Positions 56,937 to 64,000 of a stretch of DNA of 64,000 bases are shown here, piece after piece; position 1 is the stretch's first letter; each line of letters begins with the position of its first letter. A program made the translations under genes and the position numbers. Location: IMG/VR virus record IMGVR_UViG_3300030329_003201, positions 9,014-73,013 of that record, one strand, 5' to 3'. The notes under the pieces are model-generated. The model saw only the letters and a program-made list of their open reading frames with translations, did no database searches and was not told the DNA's origin. Origin of the DNA: a virus.

Positions 56937-57543
56937 TTGGATATCCCCCCCGCGAAGTTTTTTTCAACATCATTTTTGGCCCTCCCCCCCCATGCGCGTG
57001 TGGTTCGGGCATATATCACCCCCCCCATGCGCGTGGGGCGCGTGGCGTGTGGCGTCCGCGTGTGGCGTGTGGCGCGTCATGGGTCCATATTGCCTCCGAT
57101 ACCGGCACGACCGGCACGACCGGCACGACCGAACAACGACCGCACACGGGCCACGACCGAACGACCCGAACGAACGACCCGAAACAGGACCGAACGAACA
57201 GCCGAAACGACCGAAACCCGAACGACCCGAACGACCGGGGCAGGAATCGAAACGACCGGAGCCGAAACGATAGGAGCCCGAACGACCGGAGCCGGAGCCG
57301 GAGCCGGAGCACCCACAACCCCTTTCGAGGTAGCAAGGCGCAAAGAAGGAACACGAGCCCATGCGATAAACCGACCAGTCACAGCGCATCGGGCTCGTTG
57401 CCGGGGATGCGTTGCGGATAGTCCGTCAATGGCAAGAATTGCGTTCATAAGGACAAGGTAACATTTTGAAATGGGTTTCGCTTGAATATTTCTGATTTTA
57501 TCGAAAATGGCTTGACGTACAGCGTTTTTGGATATCCCCCCCC
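56937..57543. repeat. Repeat-rich, strand-skewed region (putative genome end or packaging region)
   Basis: TTGGATATCCCCCCC at 56937 and 57528; CCCCCCCCATGCGCGTG at 56984 and 57019; ACCGGCACG x3; GAACGACC and GGAGCC repeats. Confidence 0.7.
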
Positions 57544-57750
57544 ATCATCATTTTCTGAAAACGTAGGTTCAAAGCGGAAAATGAAAGAATCGAAAAAAAC
57601 TTTGATTTATTTTGATTTTTTTTCTCCATTTATTTCAGGGGTTTACGAGCGAGCATTGCCGCAGTACAGCGGTTCGTTGTAAGTGTCTGTTTTTATTGAG
57701 CTTTTTTTCAGATTCGCCGAAAAGGTAGGTTGAACCTGGAAAATAAAAAG

Positions 57751-57779
57751 TTGGATTATTCGATTTCTCAAAGTAGATT
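57751..57779 (+). promoter_or_regulatory. Candidate early sigma70 promoter with A-rich UP element
   Basis: AAAATAAAAAG, then TTGGAT-N17-TAGATT. Confidence 0.45.
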
Positions 57780-57785
57780 GATTGA

Positions 57786-58430
57786 GCGAAACGGACTTGC
57801 CGTTGCAAACACAAAGCTGATACCGACAAAGCGCCACGCTCTAAGGCAGTCCCTTTCAGGGGTTCCCCGGAGCACCGAGGTGGCAGGGCGTCGGGGGATG
57901 ACCAGGGCATAGTAAACAAACGCGACCCCCTGGCGGAAACGTGGCTCTTTCGAGGGCATCTGTTCTTTAGTTACGACATTATCGACCACATGCTGCACAC
58001 ATGGCATAGGCTGTTAGGCGTCAGGCATCGGAGTACCCCCCCCATTCGTGGGACCAGGGAGAAGCAGATGAAGCGCGGGACGTAAGAGGGCGAAAAAATC
58101 CCTTCCTGTGAGATGTACTGGTAAAGCGAGTGGACTACATATGGCCGATTCGCTCCCTTTGGGGGTGTGATGATTCGTGTTGATTCGTGAATAAGGCTTT
58201 CCCTCTGCCGGTGTTTGAGCCAGTGGGACTGTCTATGAAGCGTCTAACAGCGTCTAACAGCATCCCATCGCTCTATTCCCGCAAGTTCGGGCCGAGGGCT
58301 AAGAGGGGAGAGGCAAAAAAGCTATGGGAATTGCATAGGTAAACACGCGGGGGATGGGCTTGTCCCGTCCTCCGCCTTACCCAATAGCGTCATGGGTTCT
58401 ATTCATGGCGCTATCCGGTGAGCTTTATTC
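57786..58430 (+). ncRNA. Candidate large structured non-coding RNA
   Basis: ORF-poor; several helices with G-U pairs on the + strand, UUCG/GAAA tetraloops, long-range complementarity. Confidence 0.5.
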
Positions 58431-58514
58431 TATCGCGTAACGTTACGCGCGATGGAGTATTCCTATTCCAACACAAAGTCTGTAACGCGCGAGCGTAACA
58501 GTAAAGGCAACCCA

Positions 58515-58664
58515 ATGTACAATATCACTGTCATCGATGGAGTGTTCCATCTCGTATGCGCGGAAACCCTTGAAACCACTGGGATTTTCGCAGATAGTCC
58601 AGAAGCAATCGAGCGTGACCAGGGCCTAACATACGACCCATCCACAGACACGTTCGACCAGTAA
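58515..58664 (+). CDS. Early hypothetical protein
   Basis: AAGGCAACCCA before ATG (MYNITVIDG). Confidence 0.6.
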   Translation: MYNITVIDGVFHLVCAETLETTGIFADSPEAIERDQGLTYDPSTDTFDQ

Positions 58665-58745
58665 GCACAAACCCCCAACGCCCCCTTGGAAAAACCAGGG
58701 GGGACCTCTGTCTCAAAAATACAACGTCCAAGGAGGACACCCATC

Positions 58746-58937
58746 ATGGCTAAATCCAACCCACAACTCGTTCGCGCCCTCGTCCGTCAAGCACCCGAGG
58801 CTACCAGCACCAAGCAGGCCAAGAAGGTCGTGCGTGCAGCCTTCCGCGAGGTCTACGGGCCTGAGTGGTTCGCTACCACCAGCACCAAGAAGCTCAAGGC
58901 ACGAGTCCAGAAAGCTTACATCGCGGGCACGCTGTAG
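58746..58937 (+). CDS. Early small basic protein
   Basis: AGGAGG RBS; strong codon bias; stop abuts the hammerhead. Confidence 0.75.
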   Translation: MAKSNPQLVRALVRQAPEATSTKQAKKVVRAAFREVYGPEWFATTSTKKLKARVQKAYIAGTL

Positions 58938-59005
58938 TCGAAACGCCCCCGCGTGGGGCGTCTGGCGAGGATTGACCACCCGCCACTGATGATGACACTT
59001 GGTCA
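58934..59005 (+). ncRNA. Type II hammerhead ribozyme with pseudoknot
   Basis: GTC-GAAA-CGCCCC/GGGGCG-TC-TGGCG/CGCCA-CTGATGA-T-GAC; loop TGACCA pairs with TGGTCA (59000-59005). Confidence 0.9.
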
Positions 59006-59038
59006 CGCGCACCCACTTACACACCCAGGAGGCAACCG

Positions 59039-59215
59039 ATGATCTTTGAACTTGTAAACCGCTACGGCTACGTGGCCGGAGTATGTCCATCACGCAAGGA
59101 AGCTGAAGTCCTGCGCGAAGTGCTCAAAGAGCGAGCACAGTACGCAGCCAAGCACATAAGCGAGCCCTTTGACTGGTGGCACCTGAGCATCAACCCGCGA
59201 CTCGTAATCGAGTAA
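59039..59215 (+). CDS. Early hypothetical protein (58 aa, not in ORF track)
   Basis: GGAGGCAACCG-ATG; MIFELVNRYGYVAG... Confidence 0.65.
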   Translation: MIFELVNRYGYVAGVCPSRKEAEVLREVLKERAQYAAKHISEPFDWWHLSINPRLVIE

Positions 59216-59250
59216 CCGACAACCCCACACCCACACCCACAAGGAGAACC

Positions 59251-59763
59251 ATGTACATCTGGAACCCTCGCAACATACAGCCCCACTTTCACCACTTCAA
59301 TCACCGTGCGCCTTTCCGCATGATATGGCTTCAGTTTCAACGTGAGGGCTTGTCAAGCGCTGCCGCCCTCCGATTGATAAAGCACCTGGTGGGCTCCACA
59401 TTAATATCACGCCCGCACGTTGACCAGGGAGTAGGCTCAAAGCTCTCCAAGATTGAGCGCAAGGTAGCATTCCTGCACTCGCACCAGTGGGAATACACCA
59501 CGCAAGGAACCTGGCTCAACCTGTACCGAGCGGTTCACTGCTACGGCGGACCCGAGGAGGGTGGTTGGTGGTACTGGATGTTCGAACCTGTGAACGGAAA
59601 GCGCATCGATCATATGTCCCCGCGCCTTCAAGAAGAGTACCGGCTCCGAGTCAACCGCACATTCGGACCACCCAACGACAACATCTACCGAGGAGAATAC
59701 CTGCTCGCCCGCGTCGAGACAGGGTGTCCAAAGTTTCCTGGTCCACGTCCACAGTGGGGGTAA
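59251..59763 (+). CDS. Early hypothetical protein
   Basis: AAGGAG RBS; contains YGGPEEGGWWY. Confidence 0.7.
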   Translation: MYIWNPRNIQPHFHHFNHRAPFRMIWLQFQREGLSSAAALRLIKHLVGSTLISRPHVDQGVGSKLSKIERKVAFLHSHQWEYTTQGTWLNLYRAVHCYGGPEEGGWWYWMFEPVNGKRIDHMSPRLQEEYRLRVNRTFGPPNDNIYRGEYLLARVETGCPKFPGPRPQWG

Positions 59764-59766
59764 TCC

Positions 59767-60010
59767 GTCCCACTTCTGTCCCACTTTCATCCCGCGTATG
59801 ACTGGTAGAGGGTAGCTAAGTAGCTGGAATCACATGGTGGTCACGTCCCAATCGTGTCCCACTTATGTCCCGCTAAGGTTTCCCTCTTCCTTCATACTAC
59901 CTACTCCCTTCCAATTACATATGTTTAGAGTACTAAGGTTTTGGTAGAGTAACCCCCCTCTACCTTCCTTTACCCCCCTATAGTCCCCCCTAATGGTTTC
60001 CTTCTCCCCC
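59767..60010 (+). other. Candidate replication origin: second iteron array plus pyrimidine/AT-rich tract
   Basis: GTCCC at 59767, 59778, (ATCCC) 59789 and 59845, 59856, 59867; CCCCCCTATAGTCCCCCC downstream; non-coding. Confidence 0.65.
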
Positions 60011-60031
60011 CGCAAGGATAAAAATGTAAGG

Positions 60032-60060
60032 TTGACGGAACCATAAACACTTGATAAAAA
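60032..60060 (+). promoter_or_regulatory. Candidate early promoter
   Basis: TTGACG, 17-nt spacer, TGn-TAAAAA upstream of the small-gene array. Confidence 0.35.
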
Positions 60061-60080
60061 CTACAACACAGAGGCAACCA

Positions 60081-60401
60081 ATGAACAGCAAGAATATCTA
60101 CCTTGTGACAAGGACCGATCCCGGTGGCTGGGACACATGGGATTCATTCGTCGTCATTGCGACCGATGAAACCGAAGCCCGCTACACCTACCCTGGCCCA
60201 TACCACGAGTGGGATGACCGCAAGTGGGACCGCACCCAGAAAGCAGGATGGGTGATGGTCTTTCAAGACGGGAGCACTGAGCCAGCCAGCCCGTACCACG
60301 GCTGGGTTCAAGACCCGGAGCAACTTGAGGTGACTAAGATCGGAGTCGCTGAGTCCACCCCCGAAAACCCTGTAATCCTTGCCAGCTTCAACGCTGGCTA
60401 A
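60081..60401 (+). CDS. Early hypothetical protein
   Basis: GAGGCAACCA-ATG; WDTWDSFVVIA...ILASFNAG. Confidence 0.8.
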   Translation: MNSKNIYLVTRTDPGGWDTWDSFVVIATDETEARYTYPGPYHEWDDRKWDRTQKAGWVMVFQDGSTEPASPYHGWVQDPEQLEVTKIGVAESTPENPVILASFNAG

Positions 60402-60415
60402 CCTGAGAGGCAACC

Positions 60416-60586
60416 ATGAAAGCATTCACTGACCCGATCACCGGGTGGACCGCGACCTTCCACTGCAACATCTGCGGGCTGCACTACCCGGTCCAAGTGC
60501 AGCCACCGAACAGACCCAAGCTCCCCTGTACTGAGTGCGGGCACAAAGACTTTCGAAGAGTAAAACCTAAGCGAGGCAACCAATGA
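60416..60586 (+). CDS. Small zinc-ribbon protein (56 aa, not in ORF track)
   Basis: GAGGCAACC-ATG; CNIC...CTECG. Confidence 0.7.
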   Translation: MKAFTDPITGWTATFHCNICGLHYPVQVQPPNRPKLPCTECGHKDFRRVKPKRGNQ

Positions 60587-60945
60587 GCTACAAAGAGTTC
60601 GACCATCAAGTGTCAACCCTGGACCTGGCCTACATAGCCGGACAGATCGTAAATGAAGAGACAGAAGGGTGGCTGACCGAGGCGCACACCCTTTACGCAC
60701 CCCAGGAAGGCTGCTCCAGCTTTGCAGTCGTCATAGATGACGCAGTTCTAATGACGGCAACCGAGGAAGGGAACCTCGTGATCTGGAATCTAAACGAACC
60801 GCCTCCGTGGGACTGCGGGCACGGATACGAAAAGCAATTCGATTTAGTCGAAGACTTCATTGAACGCATGCTCAAGAACAAGCAAGACAACTGCAACATA
60901 AAGCCCGCGCCATCTTGGATGCGGGAACAACTCTCCAACCAATAA
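60583..60945 (+). CDS. Early hypothetical protein
   Basis: GAGGCAACCA-ATG. Confidence 0.75.
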   Translation: MSYKEFDHQVSTLDLAYIAGQIVNEETEGWLTEAHTLYAPQEGCSSFAVVIDDAVLMTATEEGNLVIWNLNEPPPWDCGHGYEKQFDLVEDFIERMLKNKQDNCNIKPAPSWMREQLSNQ

Positions 60946-60958
60946 AGCGAGGCAACCA

Positions 60959-61330
60959 ATGAACATTCTACACTTCCCCCCTTTAGCGTCCACCTACATC
61001 ACCTTGTGGGAGGACTCCTTCTCCCTGTGGGTTCAGTTCCCCACGAGTTCGCTCTCTATGTCCGATGCGAAACTCATCGACGAGGTCAACGCAGTCATCG
61101 AGAGAATGATTTCGGTTGGCTTCAAGCCAGACCCCGACGAGGGACTGGTCGGATGGACCAAGGACGACATCGGCTACACCCGAAAGGAGAGGCGAGACTA
61201 TCTCATGACCTACGACGAGCTTCCCGATTTCGTTCGATGGACTCGGGCGTTCAAGCGAAACGAAGACAAGATCCACCTCGCATATCGCGACGTTCCAACT
61301 GACAACTGCAAGCCTGCCGAAAAAAAATAA
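60959..61330 (+). CDS. Early hypothetical protein
   Basis: GAGGCAACCA-ATG. Confidence 0.75.
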   Translation: MNILHFPPLASTYITLWEDSFSLWVQFPTSSLSMSDAKLIDEVNAVIERMISVGFKPDPDEGLVGWTKDDIGYTRKERRDYLMTYDELPDFVRWTRAFKRNEDKIHLAYRDVPTDNCKPAEKK

Positions 61331-61410
61331 ACTTTTTCTGTCCGCCAAGGACATCTCACCACGTCTTCTAAGTAGAGGCCACAACAACCAACCCCAATGA
61401 GGCAACCATC

Positions 61411-61764
61411 ATGATGGAAGTAATCAACCTTCACCCCTTATCTGACGAACAAGATCCATACGGAGAGTACCAAGTTCACCCACTCTACCGGCTTGCGTAT
61501 TGGATCGAGGGCAAGCTCAAACAAAAGCTCGACCCCAACGACATAATGAAAACCTGTGGCGGGGTGCCCGCAACAAAGGAAGAGGTCGCTTTACTCCGTG
61601 AGGCATACACCGCTTGCTTGAAAGAGGACCTTGAACGAGCGGTCTTTCTGGCCCGCGAGTACGAAGAACTCGATGACTACGGATTCTATGACGAGGACTT
61701 CTGGAAAGAGTGGTTCCCCGACCTCGTCTTTATTCAACCAATCCCCAACCAACTCGACAACTAA
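61411..61764 (+). CDS. Early hypothetical acidic protein
   Basis: GAGGCAACCATC-ATG. Confidence 0.75.
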   Translation: MMEVINLHPLSDEQDPYGEYQVHPLYRLAYWIEGKLKQKLDPNDIMKTCGGVPATKEEVALLREAYTACLKEDLERAVFLAREYEELDDYGFYDEDFWKEWFPDLVFIQPIPNQLDN

Positions 61765-61774
61765 GGAGGCAACC

Positions 61775-62023
61775 ATGAAAGGTGAGAACCAACTTCAAGA
61801 GGCAGTCCGAAAGACACTTGTGAAAGCCAACGAGGTTATCATTGGCAAGGAGGTCATCAACTGGACCATCCCTGCCGACGATGACAGCGGCAACGTGTGT
61901 CTTGTAATGATCCTCAAGTGGAGGAAACAACAAGGCAGCGACACACTCAAGCCATCACCAGGATGGACTGTGAGAACAGTGATTGACCCTACCGGCAAGG
62001 TCTTAGCCACTCAAACAGATTAG
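61775..62023 (+). CDS. Early hypothetical protein
   Basis: GGAGGCAACC-ATG (MKGENQL). Confidence 0.75.
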   Translation: MKGENQLQEAVRKTLVKANEVIIGKEVINWTIPADDDSGNVCLVMILKWRKQQGSDTLKPSPGWTVRTVIDPTGKVLATQTD

Positions 62024-62053
62024 CCGTGACAACTCAACAACTAAGAGGCAACC

Positions 62054-62434
62054 ATGAATAAACTCACACCGAACACTCAACTGTGGGACTACGACGACGA
62101 ACCCATCTTCCCCAGCATTGGAATCGTTCGCCACGTTTCCACTCACGACGGCTACACTGGCGGACTTGTAGAGGTTCTACCCAAGGATGGAAGCGAGCCC
62201 TACTTCCAGGTCTACATCCAGGTTGGCGAGCACGCAAAGGACGTGCGTGAATACATTGAGTTCACTGAAAACGACGACGCCGACTACATCATCCGCCGGT
62301 TCATCGAGGAGATGCAAGCCGACGAGCGTGATGCAGCAGACGAGATGAGACGAGAGATCGCAATGGAGCAAGGCATGCTCTATGGATGCGATGCATACAA
62401 CGAAGCCATGGGGTGGGAGGTGAGCTATGAATAA
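62054..62434 (+). CDS. Early hypothetical acidic protein
   Basis: GAGGCAACC-ATG; AMEQGMLYGCDAYNEAMG C-terminus. Confidence 0.8.
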   Translation: MNKLTPNTQLWDYDDEPIFPSIGIVRHVSTHDGYTGGLVEVLPKDGSEPYFQVYIQVGEHAKDVREYIEFTENDDADYIIRRFIEEMQADERDAADEMRREIAMEQGMLYGCDAYNEAMGWEVSYE

Positions 62435-62651
62435 GCTCATCACCTGCACACGATTCGCAGCATTCTACATCGGCATGGCGTTCTTTCCAGTGTGGGTGAT
62501 CATGTCCATCAACATATGGATTGACCCCGGCATGCCATGGGCAAAGCACTGGGGTCCACGCTGTGACCTGGCCTTTGCATGCTGGGCTGCACTGTCAGCC
62601 TACGCAGCATACCGACTCAACACCCAACCCAAAGAGGCAATCAATGGATAA
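62427..62651 (+). CDS. Early small membrane protein
   Basis: GGAGGTG RBS; two hydrophobic segments. Confidence 0.7.
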   Translation: MNKLITCTRFAAFYIGMAFFPVWVIMSINIWIDPGMPWAKHWGPRCDLAFACWAALSAYAAYRLNTQPKEAING

Positions 62652-62877
62652 TCAATCAGAACGAAAAGGAACAATCGTAGAAACTGTGACGGAAGGAAAC
62701 ACCGTCTACGAACTGCGCGAGGATGAAGGCTACTTCAAACTCTACACTGTCGGAGAGCACGGATACTTCTGTGGCTACGTCAGTGCCCCGGAGTACTTGG
62801 AGGAGGCCATCTACAATCACGAAGAAGAGATGGGATTCATGCTCGCTCAAGCGCGAGAAGAGTTCGCGAACCACTAA
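62644..62877 (+). CDS. Early hypothetical acidic protein
   Basis: GAGGCAATCA-ATG (MDNQSERK). Confidence 0.75.
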   Translation: MDNQSERKGTIVETVTEGNTVYELREDEGYFKLYTVGEHGYFCGYVSAPEYLEEAIYNHEEEMGFMLAQAREEFANH

Positions 62878-62897
62878 TACAACACAGAGGCAACCAA

Positions 62898-62984
62898 ATG
62901 ATTACTGCTTACGCACTATCAATCTTTATGACAATCGCATTCTCCTCAACCAACACACCAGACCCAAGAGGCAACCATGGATGA
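62898..62984 (+). CDS. Possible 28-aa hydrophobic peptide
   Basis: AGAGGCAACCAA-ATG; MITAYALSIFMTIAFSS... Confidence 0.45.
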   Translation: MITAYALSIFMTIAFSSTNTPDPRGNHG

Positions 62985-63312
62985 TCACGACTGGGCAAAA
63001 TGGGAAGCCTACTACGAACCGAAGCTACCTCACGACCATCCCCGGTGTGAGGAGTGTTCCGAGCATCTGTTCGAGGATGACATGGATCACGATGGCGATG
63101 CTGAGTTGTGTAACTACTGCGGCATTGTCTGTGATGCCTGCAATGAGAAGGCAATCAAGAAAGAAATCAAAGACGGAACTTCATATCACAAGGATGTGAA
63201 GAACCTTTGCATCTACTGCATTGAGCTTGTCGATGAAGGCGAGCTTGAGCCCGACGAAATCCACCCAATGTTCTACCCGTTCCAACAAGAGAGGCAACCA
63301 TGTACACAGTAA
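62977..63312 (+). CDS. Early Cys-rich zinc-binding protein
   Basis: CEEC, CNYC, CDAC, CIYC. Confidence 0.8.
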   Translation: MDDHDWAKWEAYYEPKLPHDHPRCEECSEHLFEDDMDHDGDAELCNYCGIVCDACNEKAIKKEIKDGTSYHKDVKNLCIYCIELVDEGELEPDEIHPMFYPFQQERQPCTQ

Positions 63313-63578
63313 AAGAGATCGACCCGATCATCGGAGAGAGACAGTTTGAGATTCACGATTGTTCACACTGCGAAGGCTCAGGCAGTGAGCAATGGCACCC
63401 TGGATGCGGAGACATGGCACCACCGCACTGCCGAAAATGCCATGGAGTAGGGCAGTACACCAAGAGGTGGCGCTTCATCTCCAAACTCGGAGTCAAGACA
63501 GAGTACAGCAGATGGCTCTACTGTGACCCAGACGATTGGAGCACAGTCAACCCAAACCCATGGACCACACAACCATAA
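63300..63578 (+). CDS. Early protein with DnaJ-type CxxCxGxG zinc finger
   Basis: CSHCEGSG...CRKCHGVG. Confidence 0.8.
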   Translation: MYTVKEIDPIIGERQFEIHDCSHCEGSGSEQWHPGCGDMAPPHCRKCHGVGQYTKRWRFISKLGVKTEYSRWLYCDPDDWSTVNPNPWTTQP

Positions 63579-63588
63579 GAGGCAACCA

Positions 63589-63945
63589 ATGAGTAACACA
63601 CAAGAAGAAACAGAAGAAAGGTTCATCGACTTCTTCCTCGGAGACAGTGAGGAGTTCCCACCTGAAGAGGCTTTGCCGAACGGCTGGCACAAACTAATGA
63701 AAGAAATCTACACCGCTGCCGGTGAGGTAGAGGACGCCATTGATCGCTACGAAGATGCCCACCGAAGGCTGTTGCAAATGGATGTGCCTGAAGAAGTCAA
63801 ACAGTTGGCAAAGCGAGGGCTAAAAACCAGCAGTATCCGCAAGGACAACTGGCGAGGAATCATGGATGATTCCTTTGTCATAAACCGAGCAATGAGGGAT
63901 GGCTGGAAAGACAACTGGCGACCCTATCACATGGAAGGTGAGTGA
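63589..63945 (+). CDS. Early hypothetical protein
   Basis: GAGGCAACCA-ATG (MSNTQEE). Confidence 0.75.
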   Translation: MSNTQEETEERFIDFFLGDSEEFPPEEALPNGWHKLMKEIYTAAGEVEDAIDRYEDAHRRLLQMDVPEEVKQLAKRGLKTSSIRKDNWRGIMDDSFVINRAMRDGWKDNWRPYHMEGE

Positions 63946-64000
63946 TGGAGAAAGACTACGACATGGTTGTGTGCTTAGAGTGCTGGGCTTACGGCTCAAC

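Larger units (their letters stand above)
59029..63591 (+). promoter_or_regulatory. Repeated start-associated motif GAGGCAACC (12 perfect copies)
   Basis: At 59029, 60071, 60407, 60573, 60949, 61399, 61766, 62045, 62887, 62968, 63291, 63579, each 0-3 nt before an ATG. Confidence 0.9.
1..64000. mobile_element. Tailed dsDNA bacteriophage (Caudoviricetes, podovirus-like), large part of a genome
   Basis: Terminase, portal, scaffold, major capsid, tail-tube/nozzle-like genes, endolysin, DnaB/RecT/YqaJ and dense small early ORFs; no host housekeeping genes seen. Confidence 0.97.

Noticed and set aside
57100-57320. Short repeats as a possible CRISPR array
   Set aside because: Units are 6-9 bp, degenerate and contiguous, with no unique spacers and no cas genes
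57786-57840. GAAAC-stem-GTT...CTGAT resembling a second hammerhead
   Set aside because: Core reads CTGATAC, not CTGANGA, and stem I is only 2 bp; treated as part of the larger structured region
58126-58190. GTGGAC...CGATTC and GGGGGTGTGATGATTCG resembling permuted tmRNA ends
   Set aside because: No T-arm (GTTCGA), no CCA end and no tag reading frame found
1-64000. Alternative genetic code, diversity-generating retroelement or integrase
   Set aside because: Long genes are intact in the standard code; no reverse transcriptase, TR/VR pair or recombinase motifs recognised

Overview
This window is almost entirely a tailed dsDNA bacteriophage genome with podovirus-like architecture (no tape measure gene, a giant ejection/polyvalent protein). 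No integrase, DNA polymerase or RNA polymerase is visible. From left to right: small hypothetical genes; a tRNA-Asn with a structured leader; a replication/recombination module (DnaB, iteron-containing initiator, RuvC-like resolvase, XRE regulator, YqaJ, RecT); a ~46 kb minus-strand late region (terminase, portal, scaffold, major capsid, tail, a 4704-aa polyvalent protein, tail-fibre-like genes, a DUF2589 pair, lysis genes); ssb and small genes; a repeat-rich putative terminus region; a ~640-nt ORF-poor structured region; a type II hammerhead ribozyme; a second iteron array; and a run of small early genes. Most interesting observation: 12 early genes plus dnaB and yqaJ share one extended ribosome-binding motif, GAGGCAACC. 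A promoter-driven hairpin in the tRNA-Asn leader (2049-2080) displays its exact complement (GGUUGCCUCU) in the loop. This suggests a phage sRNA that shuts off a whole early regulon at the translation level. All calls come from reading the sequence by eye; no searches or folding programs were run.
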